DNA from: Cenococcum geophilum
Taxonomy: Eukaryota
Assembly: GCA_050273025.1 (NCBI GenBank)
Contig: CP158636.1
Span: 5,890,001 to 5,954,000, forward strand
Direction: 5' to 3'
Length of the DNA: 64,000 nt
Below the pieces are notes generated by a model that searched no databases, had not been told where the DNA came from, and saw only the letters and a program-made list of their open reading frames with translations. The position numbers and the translations under genes were made by a program. This document shows, piece after piece, positions 35,031-48,300 of the stretch; positions within the stretch are counted from its first letter, which is position 1, and each line of letters opens with the position of its first letter.

Positions 35031-38000
35031 TTATTATTATTAATTCTATTTATCGCCCGATTCGGTCCCTATTCTAGGTCCATGTAGGCTTCTACCTTCT
35101 ATATAGGAAAAAACCCCTAATTAGGGGAAAACCTAGGTGTATCCTTTTAGCTAGTCTTACGCGCTCCACCTTCGCCTAGCCTGTATATCTTTATAGTTTA
35201 TTTACCTTTCGTACTATGCTTCTAGGGTATCTTGGAAGATCTAGGGGGTAGTGGGAGGGTTGGGTAGTTCGCCTACGTGTCGCCTTTAACTAGGCGGGGG
35301 TGTCCAGTCCCTAAGGGGCTAGAAGGGGGCGTATCCTCCAGTGTCCTCCTATTAGATCTTATATGCTATCTGGAATTACTAGAGGACTCCTTAGCTTATT
35401 AGCTATTTTGCCGTTGCATATAGGCCTTTACTAGTAGAGAGCATTCGGGTAATATTATTTGTGCCCGCCCTAGCGAATAGCTGGTCTTTAGCTATATAGT
35501 GGTTGCAAAAGAGTAGTATATGGCGTATTAATTATATAGGCTATCCGCACGTATAGTGTGGTATAGTTTATGGGATATAGATGCTTACTAGCCATGCGTT
35601 TAGCCCTATTACCTCTATCTATAGTAGAAAGCCAACTATAGATTCTACCTTCGTCTGTCCTTCGTATAGGGGGAGAGTTGGTATTATCTATGGGGTGTTC
35701 CACGTAGCTACTCTCTATGTCTTTGCCGCCTTCTTCTAGCGTTACTTCCACTCTATATCTGCCTATCTTGCAATATATATAGTCGATCTCTACCTATGTT
35801 AGTAGCCTCCTATCCTCTATTGCCGTAGCGGTGCTCTACTGGCGTGGCGCCGGGTCTCTACTTAGTATTATAGTAGCTCCCATATTTCTTATTCTCTCTC
35901 TACTGCTTATAGGCGTAGGGCCTTCTAGCTTATATACTTAGGCGCGTTACGCCTCTAGTAGGACCTTACTCCTCTTTAGTAAGGCCTTACTTCGCGTATA
36001 CGTTCTAGTACTTAGTATATATCTTTCTCTACTAGGTGTCCTTATACTATAGCTGCTCTTTATATAGCAGTTATGTCTATATAGATATTAAGTAGTGGTA
36101 CTGCTACTTCGCGTTCTATTACGGCATGTGGTGTCCGCTTATAGGCTCCTATAATTCTACGTAGGTATTAGTTCTATAGTTTTTCTAGTGGCGCTAGGGA
36201 GCTTTTTACTATTAGCTTGCCGTTTAGTCTAAGGCCCCAGATTTGGGCTCCGTATAGCATTATTGGTCTTACTACTACCGTGTATAGTAGTCGTGTACGT
36301 CTAAATAATGGTCCCTAGGTCGAGGCTGTAATTCGTAATACTGCTGCGAATGCTGCTGTACCCCTAGTGGTTGCCTTTATAATATATGCATTCTAGTTTA
36401 GTTTAGTGTCCACCTAGACCCCTAGGACCTTAAGTGTGGCTTCTAGCTTTGCTTTACATCCCTAGATACTCACCGTTAACGCTAGGTTATTATTTACCCT
36501 CCTTTTTCTTATAAAATGGATAAGCTAGTATTTGTCTAGTGCAAATTTGGCACTATATTGTTTTACCTATATAATGCACCTGTTATATGCCTGATTTAGC
36601 CTAGTGTAGTTTTCTGCTGCTATGTTTCCCTATATAATAAGGTTTGTGTTATCTATAAAGCCTAGGGCTACTATTTCCTGGTTATTGTTAAATATCTCTA
36701 GTAGCTTAGATATAAAGAATAGGAACAGGATTGGCGATAGGGGTAATCCCTATGGGATTCCTATACGTGTTAGTATTATTTCACTTTTATATCCCTTAAA
36801 TACTATTTTAGTATTGCGCCCTGTTAAGAAGGATTAGGTAAACTTAATTATCTATTCTAGGAGGCCCTTCTTTCTTAGGATCTATAGGAGCCTCTTATAC
36901 GATATGTGGTTAAAGGCTCCACTTATGTCTAGGCTTAGTATAGATACTATATAGCCTGGCCTGGCTTGCCACGCTGCCTAGACGCTAAAAGTAATTAGGG
37001 AGATGGCTGATAGGGTTAATCGCTTCTTTCTTACGCCCATTTGTGTCCGTAGTAGTAGCTTATATACTTCTGCGGCTTCTTATATACGCTCTATAACTAT
37101 TTTTTCTAGGAGCTTTTCTAGCGTGTTTTTAAGGGTAATTGGTCGGTAGCTTCCTGGTAGAGAGTAGTCCTTTTTATTTGCCTTTTGTAGGATAACTATA
37201 GTTATTGCTTTATAGCATTTTGGTAGCTTACCTTTATATAGGTAGGTAGTTGCAATATTAGCTAGTGGTATTATTAGAGCTTTTAATGCAGCTTTAATTG
37301 CCTTATTTAGGATCCTATCTAGTCCTACTACTTTCCTATTAGGGAGCTTTTATATAGCGTCCTTTATCTCCTTTATTATAACTATCTAGCTTATCTCTAA
37401 AGGTGTAGGATCTTCTTAACTGCTAGTGTCCTATAGGTCCGCTTAGACTACGCTAGGGAAGAATCTCTCTACTAGTATTTTTATTTTTTCCCCATTATTA
37501 TTTATATATTAATCCTGTTCTGTCCTACGGAGTGTAGGTAAGTAGGGGTCTTTTAGCGTTTTACTAACTACTCTTTTACTCTACTTTAATATGCGCCAGA
37601 GGCCTTAGTTATATGGTTTGGCAATATCTAAGGTAATTTCCTCTAGAAATTAATGCCAGCTATTTCTACTTTCCTTCCGTATTATCTTCTTAAGCCTATT
37701 CTTTAGGGCCTTATGGCTCTATTAGTAGTAGGCCTTGCCTATTATGCTGTACTGTCGCCTCGCCCTCCTTAAGCCTATAAGTAGCTATGCTGCCTCTAGC
37801 GACCACTCGCGCTAAGCATATTTATTAGGCCTAGCCTTTAGGCAGTATTCCTCTAGGCAGTTACTTATAGTCCTTTAGATATCCTCTAGCGTTGCTTTAG
37901 GGGTTGCTACTAGTCTATTATTAATTTCCTAGGAGTATTTTTCCTAATTAAGTTTTTTAATGGCGTATCTCTGGTGAGTTTATAGCGCTAGAATAGCGAC

Positions 38001-40263
38001 GTTAAGAGCTATCCGTATAGGTATATAGTCTGCGGTTAGTGCCTATATGTCTTCTAGTCCGTAGAATCCTAGTTAGTTTATAAGCGCTTCTTATATAAAT
38101 ATAAGGTTAATTATGCTCTCTTAGGTTCCTCTTTTCTATATAGGTTCACCAGTTAAGGTAGTTAAAATGATATTTTGTGTTGCTAGTTCGTTAAGTAGGT
38201 AAGTTACTTGTATTTCTACTATGGCCTATAGTTCTCCCTATGCCGTATAATGTGTATTAAAATCCCCTAGGACTATTATCTCGCCTTCTACTAAGTTAAT
38301 AGTTTATTAGAGTAGGCCCTACGTAGTTATCTAGGGTCTGTTGTCACTTAGGTTATAAACATTAATTATACTAATTTAGCCCCTCTCTATAGCTATTTAT
38401 AGTTTAGCTATATTAGGGCTAATAGAGCGGTAGCTCCACACCTATATATTAATGTATTTACTAATTAGGAAGTACGCGTAGGTAGCCAGGTCTGGTTTAT
38501 ATAGGAGGTAGTATCCTTTTAATTAGTACGTTTTTTGGGTTTATTTATTAAATGCTGGTTCCTATATTATAATTATCTAGTATTTCTTTAGGTCCAGACT
38601 ATTAAATAAAGGGCGCGTAGCTCTATAGTTTAAGTGTCCGCAGTTATATTAGACTATTATTATTAATTTTATAGTAGTAATTAGTCTGGTAACTTACTAG
38701 TGCCTTCCCTTTATATCTAGGGCGTCCCATCCAGGATCGTTATAATTAGGATTCTCTACTAGGATGGGTCTTTGGTGGCGTTAATACTGCCTTATAGGCA
38801 TCCTATAGCCTATTTTACTGCTAGTTAGGTAGAGGGTGCTCCTATTAGGGTAGGTAACCTAGATCTCTTTTGCTGTACGATTAACCAGGTTCCGTCGTTT
38901 ACGTTATTTACCCTACTTATCTCCTTCTCCTTATAAGCGTTTCCCCGTACCGTAGCTGTATTCCAGTATAGTTTAATATATCTTATTATAGTAGCTTCTA
39001 AGTACACCTAGTAGGTTTTATACGCCGTCTTCTGCTATACTCTATATCCTTTTCTGCAGTTTATATATCTGTCTCCCTTATCCTTGCGGTAGTCCTTAGT
39101 ATTATATGCGTCGGCGCATATCCCGCACCTTACGTCCTTTCTATATCCGCTTTGGGTGTGCCCCTACTATTAGCATCTAAAGTATTGTCGAACTTCTACC
39201 GCGTAGTGGTATAGTCGGGCTTTATACCAGAGGCTATTTATAACTACTCCTTTGCGGGCTACTATAGCCTACATTTCTTAGGTTAGTAGGTTAATTATTA
39301 GGGTGCCGCGTATTTTAATCCTTTAAGGCCCTGGTGTCTCCCCTATATATATTATACGCTCTTTTTTATATAGCTATACAATTCTAATTATAGTGATCCC
39401 TAGGACTAGTTTTTTAGTAGCCTCCGTAATCCTTTAAATAATCTATATATTTACAGCGCCTTTTCTACTTTCTACTTGTGTAGTAAGAGGTACCCCAATT
39501 ATTTTAACTGGGAAATCCTGGCGGAGAATCTTGTACTTAGGGGTGTCTCCCTAGGTAAGGGTCTGGTCCTTTACCTCCTAGTTAGGGAGTATAACCTCTA
39601 CGTTACCGCTACGTAGAACCTTTACCGCTACTGCCTTTGGTATATATACTTTAATTAATATAAGGATCTGTTCCGGGTCCGTTCCTACTACTGTTGGTAT
39701 ATAAACCCTAACTATGGCTCTTACTGGTGCTATACTGGGTAGGCAAAGGAGGGTCGCCAATTAGGCGCCTGCTGCGATATTAGCCTATAATGGTTTTGCT
39801 GCTTACGTTATTAGTAGTTTCCACTCTTTTATAGCGTTTTTAATGCGCCTAAGCCTATCCTCTACTATATTCTAGTTCCTATTATACTTTATCTAAAGTT
39901 CCTAGGCGATTTGGCTTGCTTCTTAAGCCATACGCGCTACCCCTACGCGTGGGTGTTTATCTTCTCCCTTCCCTAGATTTTCCTTAATGTCTTTTAAGAT
40001 GTCCACGAGTTTCTGCCATTTCTGGTCGGTGTCCTTTAGTTATTGTGGCTATATCGCCCTTTATTGTGTTTATTGTTGTGTCGCGTTTTCCTATGCGGCG
40101 CCTCCCCTTTAAGTCTGCTGCGACCCCCTAGGGTCGCGTAGGCTTTCCGGCTGTGCTGTATACATTAGTTCTAGGGCATAATATGCCGTAGATTTAATTG
40201 GAGATGGTTATTTCTTTATTGGGTAGGTGGTAGGCGTGTTCTGCTACTGTAGCGGCTATCTTT
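35031..40263 (-). mobile_element. Near full-length Tad-like LINE (5.2 kb): ORF1 ~38690-40259 with CCHC knuckles; ORF2 ~35140-38672 with APE endonuclease and RT
   Basis: 15-bp TSD TAAGCTTAAGAAATA (35016-35030 / 40264-40278); short (TAA)n tail. De-RIP motifs: QYNC, LGDFN, DH (APE); YRPITL, LDISGAF, GIP(Q)G(S)PLSPILFLFY, F(V)D(D) (RT). Confidence 0.93.
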
Positions 40264-41346
40264 TAAGCTTAAGAAATAGTTAGTATCGGCTCCCCTATTT
40301 ACCTATTTTGACCTAAAACGGCCCTTAATACTAAAAACTAATGCCTTAAACAGCGTAATAGCTAGTATTTTTTCCTAGAAGCAACTAAATAGAGAGTAGT
40401 ACCCTATTATATACTATTTAAAGACTATAATAGATACTAAGCTAAACTACTATATCTATAATAAAGAAATGCTGGCTATTATCTCTAGCTTTTAGCACTA
40501 GCGTATATAGCTAGAGGGGACTCCTAAGCTAATTAAGGTAGTTTTAGATTATAAGGCCCTAGAATACTTTATAATAACTAAGGCCCTTATAGCCTAGTAG
40601 GTACGCTAGGCAGATACCCTATTTTAGTTTAACTTCTTAATTATATATAAACTAGGCGCTATAAACTATACGGACGCTCTTATAAGGTATAAGTAAGACC
40701 TAGATAACCAGATAGCTATAAAGATCTTATTATAAACCTAGACGCTACTATAACTAAAATACCTTAACCCTTAGATATAGGTAGAACTAAGTACAGACTC
40801 CTTAGGCGCTAAGATATATCCTATTAACTCCTCTAAACTTAACCTTATTAATAAACTACTATAGGCTAACCGAACGACCTCCTCTTTATAGGAGTATTAT
40901 AAAAAGGCAAAGAATGTCGCCAGCCTATAGTCCCTTAAAAACGGACTACTTAAGCACTAGGAATGGCTAGTAGTAGCTAAGGAATAGAACTTATAAACCC
41001 GGCTTATTACTAAAGCTTATGCCTAGGTCTCTGCGGCCTACTCTAAAAAAAATAAAACCTATAAGATTATTGGCGACTGCTACTACTGGCCTAAAATAGT
41101 TATGGATATTAATCGCTATATATAGAATTATAACAACTACCGTAGATCTATAATTCTATAAGATAAAACCCTAGGATTATTAAAACCACTCCTAATACTA
41201 GAACGCCCCTAGTAGTATATCTCTATAGACTTTTATAAACTACCTACGGACCGTAACGGATACGATATAGTTATAATCCTAATTAACCGCTTTAGCAAGC
41301 GCCCGTTCTTAATCTCCTATTATAAAAATATTGATACTAAAGAGGC

Positions 41347-41529
41347 TGTTACGGCACCGTAACGGATCTAGTTAGGGGGCTCGCTTAAGCCTTAGTATAT
41401 GTATATAGACGTGTCCTTTTCTACCTTCTACTCCTTATCTTAATATCTAGGTCTATAAACTACCAATTATATAGGCTTATATACGTTCTTTACGGCGCTC
41501 GTGCCTTGATTAACTAAGTCGCTGTAATA
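41347..41529 (+). mobile_element. 183-bp solo LTR distantly related to the G family
   Basis: Termini TGTTACGGCAC...GTAATA; TSD GAGGC (41342-41346 / 41530-41534). Confidence 0.88.
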
Positions 41530-42397
41530 GAGGCGGCCTAACTATATATTTACTACGTTTACCAAATTTACGGACTACTAAATACTATTATATCTAATTA
41601 TAGGCCGTAATTTATTTTAGCTTTCTAGAATAAGTTTACCTAGATCTTAGGTATTAAGCTAAAGCTTTTTATAGCATACTACCCTTAAATAGATAGTTAG
41701 ACGGAAATTATAAATTAATACTTAGACCAGAGACTTCGGCCCTTTATTAACTACTTCTAAGATAACTAGGCCAAACTACTACCCCTAATAAACTACGCCT
41801 AAGCGACCCTACCTTATAACTCTATAGGATTTGCCCCTATCTAGCTAGAAATAGGCTACTTACCCTATATAAGCTTTGACTAGAAAAGACTAAAAGGACC
41901 CTAAACTATATACAAAAAACTATCTTATAAGGAAGCCTAGCAGTACGCTAAGCGCTTAAAAGAAGCTTAGACGGTAGCCTATATAAATCTAGAAAAGGCC
42001 TAAAAATTAATATAATAGTAGGCAAATAAGTATAGGCAAGAGCCTAACTTTACCGTAAGAGATATAGTCTAAGTTATAATAAAGAACTTAAAAAAAATGG
42101 AATAACCTAGCCGTAAGCTAGACTATTAGATAGTAGGACCGTATAAGGTTCTTAAAAAGATAGGTAATGCGTATAAAGTAAAGCTCCCAAATTTAATTAA
42201 AGTTTACCCTATTTTCTCTCTAGATAAACTATAAAAAGCCGCAAATAACCTATTACTTGGATAAAAGAATAAACCTCCCCTACTAATTTAAGTTAATAGC
42301 GATAATAAATAGGAAATTAAAGAAATACTAGCCTATAAGCTTATAAGGGGAATATTAAAATATCGTGTTAGTTGGAAAGGGTACAACCTAAACCCTA

Positions 42398-45300
42398 TAT
42401 TACGGCACTATTGGAAAACGGTAGATTGTGGCGGACAATTTTAGACAATTTTAGACAGTTTTATATAGTTACAGTTACGTAACTAGAGGATTATATATAG
42501 CTTTAAGCGGCGCTCCCCTTCTTCTCCTTTCCTTTCTTTAGCTTTAGATTCTCGTTTATAGACAATCCAATTATACAGGCTTACGCGTCCCTTTTACTAT
42601 ACCTATGCCTTAATTAACTAAGTCACTAATATTATCTAAAGCTCACTTTACTCTTTCTTCCTAAGAAGGAACTTAAATATATTTATAAGACTATAAATAG
42701 GACAAGAATATAGAATAGGACCCTAAGGACATTATTAGGACTATAAGGATAGGACCTAAAAGAAAAGAATAGAACCCTAAGGAAAGAACCTATAAGATAC
42801 GCACATATTAGAACCCTTAAAGAAATTACCTAGAATTACCTAACACCCCTACCACCATACTATAAAATACAGCAGTAGGTAAAGCAGCTGTAGGACCCTT
42901 AAATACTTTAAATAAAGAAATATTTAACGTTTTAACCCCCTAGGCGGAGCTTACGGCTGCTAATATTAAAATTAAATAACTGCGAGAGCTGCTTAAAGCT
43001 AGAGATACCCCTATATCTAATAATAAGTTATTATTAGATAACTAAAGACTTACTATAGTCCTTTAGGCCCTATTTTAGCGCCTTAGTAGATTTACTAAGG
43101 CCTATATAGCACCAAAGCGGTTAGTAAAGGTTGCGGATCCCCTACTACTTATAAACGGAACTAACCCTATATTTAATAATTAGAAGCTTTAATTATAGAA
43201 TAAGCTTAAAGTTAATATAAACTACTTCCCTAATACCTAAGCTAGAATAGCTTATATCTTTAGCTGTACTAGCGGAGACGCCTAGACGTATTTACGCCTA
43301 TAATATACTAAAGACTTAACAGACCCCTTTATCTCTAAAGAAGAAATAATTAAATACTTGTCTTCTATTTATAAAGACCCTTTTAAAGTATAAAACGCCT
43401 GCCTTAGCTATAAAAACAACGGAGACCTTTTTAGCTTTTTAAACTCACTTTCTATACCTAGCTAGATAGGCCTAAATCCCCTAAGAAGACCTACTGCTAA
43501 ACCTCTTTAATAAGCTTACTTTGAACCTACAGCGGGCCGTATTACTAGCTTATACTACAGTATAGACGTTAAAGGAACTTATGGACTATTACCTAGCTAT
43601 TAACTAAGGCCTTTATTAAATTAAGGCACGCGCTAATTAGCTAAAAACTAGAAACCTTGCAAACTAGGCCATAAGTACTATAAGTACGGCCCATAGTACC
43701 CTAGTATAATTAGCAACTCCTATAATTAACCTAGCAGCTAGTTATACAGCTACCTCTATTATAGGTCTGGTGTACACCCGGCCTATATATAGCGACCCCT
43801 ATATATAGGCCCTCGGCAATTAAGGAGCTTACTTCTTATATAGTTAACTAGGCTACCCTATAAGGAACTACCTAATAAAGGTAAAGATAAATAAGGTCCT
43901 GTTAATTTAGGAGGATAGTATAAAGCTATAATAAAAAAAGGAACCCTAAAGAAAGACTCCTCTTTAGGGTTAAAAGGGATTAATATATTATATATTAATC
44001 TAGGTCAGCTAGTTAGTAGAAAAAGCTACACTATCCCTTATACTTTATTCCACAATAGATATTAAGTTTTAACCTCTACTTTAGCTAACTTAGGAGTAAA
44101 TGCCTTTACCTTAATTAATATAAAGTGCGTTGTAAAACTAGCTAACTTTTTAAATATACCCCTTAAAGAACTGCCCAAATTAATCCCTATTTGCGGTTAT
44201 AACGGACGGATAGGCCTACCTATTATAACTATCTTATAAATTCACCTCCGCGTTAACGGACGAAGGTAGTATAATATCCCCTTCCTTATTACGGACCTTA
44301 GAAGCTATAATATAATCTTAAGGAGAAAATGGCTAGCCCATTTAGGCTTATAGCTTAATGTATAAAATAGGCAGCTTATCTAGCCCAAAACTATACCCCT
44401 AACGCCTTCCTTTATAAAAGAGATTAGTATTATAATAGAAAACCTTATACGGCCGTAGATAAACACCATTTACTAGGCTAATACAACGCGTATAGACTAG
44501 GCTTTTAAGAAGGATATATAGCTTAATCTATAACGGATCTATATACTACGCCGCCCCCAGACTACCTATATTATAATACCCGTACTAAAGACTTAGGAAG
44601 TTGGTAGTGGCCTAGCTAAGTCCCTAATAGAGAACTTAGGCCCTACGCAGCCATAAAGAAAGGCTAGAGATATTAGATAATATACTAAACTAATAAACTA
44701 AAAGGATAACTTATAGAAAATAGAACGTAAGCTAAGGAAGACTATAAACCTTATACCGCAAAATACGGCCTAATAAATATCTATAAAAAAACCCACGAAC
44801 CTCCCACTAGTTAATATTTACTATATTAGCGCTATGAGATTCTACTAAAACCTAGTTTAGCCTAATACTATTACCTTTATAACTAGCTTATATAAAATTA
44901 ATTAAATAATTAAAGAGAAAGAAGCCCTAGCCTAAGAGAAAGGCAAGCTTATAAATAAGGAGCTGGTAGAATAGAAACTGCCCTATTAATACTAGAAATT
45001 TAAAAACACCTTCTCTAAAGCAGCGTTTAATGTACTTTCGCCTTACTAACCGTACAACTATAAGATTAAAATTAAGCCAGATAAGGTAGTTACCCTTAAC
45101 TATAGCCCCCTCTAATAGCAATCTACTGCCGAATTATAGGCTATAAAGTAGTATCTTATTAATAACCTAGATAAGGGCTTTATTAAGCCTAGCTAAGCCC
45201 CTTTTAACTTACCTATTTTCTTTACTAAAAAGCTAAATAGAGGACTTTGTTTCTATATCGACTACTATAAACTTAATAATTTAACCCTTAAAGACCGCTA

Positions 45301-48300
45301 CCTACTACCTTTACTTAATAAGACTTTGGCCTAAATAAGTAAAGCTAAAATCTTTATAAAGCTTAATATCCGCTAGGCTTTTTACTAAATTAGGATAAAC
45401 CCTAAATTAGAAAACCTTACTATATTTCGGACCTATTACGGAATATATAAATATAAAGTACTGCCTTTTAGACTAACTAACGGACCGGCTATATACCAAC
45501 AATATATAAATAATATACTATTTAACTATCTTAATGACTTCTATATAGTATACCTAGATAATATTATAATCTACTTTAAAAATAAACTGGAATATAAAGA
45601 GTATATCTATAAAGTCCTATAACGGCTTTAGGAAGCTAGCCTCTAAGCTAATACTAAAAGGTTAGAATTTAGTGTTAAGCGTATAAAGTACCTAGGGTTT
45701 ATTATTAGTATAAATGGGATTAAAGCAGACCTAAAAAAGACGGCCGTAATTAACTAATGGGTACCCCTAAGGACCGTAAAGGGGGTGTAGTTATTCTTAG
45801 GGTTCTATAACTTCTACTAACGCTTTATTAAGAACTATAGTAAAATTACCCGTTTACTAAGCCTACTTACCTATAAGGACCAGCCCTTTTACTTTAACAC
45901 CGTATATAGGCAGGCCTTTAATAAGCTTAAGAAACGACTAGTCTCTGCTCCCTTACTCGCCTACTTTAACCTAGAACGGCCCTTAATGCTAAAAACCAAT
46001 GCCTTAGATAGCATTATAGCTAGCGTTTACTCCTAAAAGCAAATAGATAGAAAATAGCACCCTATTACTTACTATTTAAAGACTATAATAGATGCTAAGC
46101 TAAACTACCCAATTTATAATAAAGAAATGCTGGCTATTATCTCTAGCTTTTAGCACTAGCGAGCCTAACTAAAAGGCACCCTTAAGTTTATCTAGGTAGT
46201 TTCTAATTATAAGGCCTTAGAATATTTTATAATAATAAAGGCCCTTACGGCCTAATAGGCGCGCTAGGCGGACACCCTATCTTAGTTTAACCTTTTAATT
46301 ATATATAGGCTAGGCGCCACCAATTGTGTAAACGCTCTTATAAGGCGTAAATAGGATATAAATAACTAGATAGCCGTAAAGATCTTATTATAGACCTAAG
46401 CGCTACTATAACTAGAGCACCTTAACTCTTAGATATGGGCAGAACTAAATATAGACTCTTTAGATGCCGAGATATGCCCTATTAACTCTATAGAACTAGA
46501 CCTTATTAATAAACTACTATAGGTAAACTATACAGCCCCTTCTCTATAGGAGTACCGCGAAAAGGCAAAAAACGTTTTTAGCCTATAGTCCCTTAAAAGT
46601 AGACTGCTTAAGCACTATAAACGGCTAGTAGTAGTAAAGGAATAGAACTTACGGACTCGGCTTATTACCGAAGTATATACCTAGGTCTCTACGGCCCACC
46701 CTAGGGAAAATAAAACTTATAGGATTATTAGCGACCGCTACTACTAGCCTAGAATAATTATAAATATTAACCGCTATATACGGAACTGTAATAACTACTA
46801 TAGGTTTATAATTCTATAAGATAAAACCCTAGGATTATTAAAACCCCTTCTAATACCTAACTGCCCCTAGTAATATATCTCTATAAACTTTTATAAGCTA
46901 CTTCTAGACCGTAACGGATATAATATAGTTATAATCCTAGTTAACCGCTTTAGTAAGCGCCTATTCTTAATTCCCTATTATAAGAATATTAATACTAAAG
47001 AGGCGGCCTAACTATATATTTATTACGTCTACCGAATTTACGGACTACTAGATACTATTATATTTAACTATAAGCCGTAGTTTATATCAGCCTTTTAAAA
47101 TAAGTTTACCTATATCCTAGGTATTAAGCTAAAGCTTTTTACGGTATATTACCCCTAAATAAACGGTTAAATAGAGATTATAAATTAATACTTAGACTAG
47201 AGACTCCGGCCTTTTATTAACTACTTCTAGAATAACTAGGCTAAACTATTACCCTTAATAAACTACGCCTAAGCAACCCTACCCTATAACTCTACCGGAT
47301 TTGCCCCTATTTAACTAGAAATGGGTTACCTACCCTATATAAGCTTTAACTAGGAAAGACTAGAAGGGCCCTAAACTGTATATAAAAAACTATCTTATAA
47401 GGAAGCCTAGCAGTACGCTAAGCGCTTAAAAGAAGCCTAGAAAGTAGCCTATATAAACCTAAAAAAGGCCTAGAAATTAATAAAATAGTAGGTAAATAAG
47501 TATAAACGTAAGCCTAACTTTACTATAGGCGATATAGTCTAGGTTATAATAAAGAACTAAAAGATAAAACGGCCTAGCCGTAAACTGGACTATAAAATGG
47601 CAGGACTATATAAGATTTTTAATAAAGTGGGTAACTTGTACAAGATTAAGCTCCTAGACTTAATTAAAGTTTACCCTATTTTCTTACTAGATAAGCTACG
47701 GAAAGCTATAAATAACCTACTACCTAGACAAAAAAATAAACCTCCTCTACTAATTTAAGTTAATAGCGATAATAAATAGAAAATTAAAGAAATACTAGCC
47801 TATAAACTTATAAAGGGAACGTTAAAGTATTATATTAGTTGGAAAGGATATAACCTAAACCCTACTTAGTACCCTATATAGAACTTTATAGGTAGTCCTA
47901 TAAGCTTTAGAAATTCTATAGCCGTTACCTTAATAAACCTAGACCGCTAAAGTACCTAGATAAGTAGATAGAATACTAGTATAATAAAGATAATAAGCTA
48001 CTAGAAGAACATAAGGATAAAAATACCCTAGAAATTTCTTAGTTATATAAGGTCTTAAAATATTTAAGAACCTTAACCAGTAGTTAAAGTTATCTAATTA
48101 GTTAGATTCTTTTGCCAAGACTTTTAGTAACAAAGCCTAAGGGTAGGCTTTTTTAAAGGGGGGGGTAATGTTACGGCACTAGTGGAAAACAGTAGATTAT
48201 AGTAGACAATTTTAGACAGTTTTAGACAGTGTTGGTTACATAAGGGGGATATTACGTAGCTACGGTTCGTAGATAGTATAATAATTGTTTTCTTTTCTTC

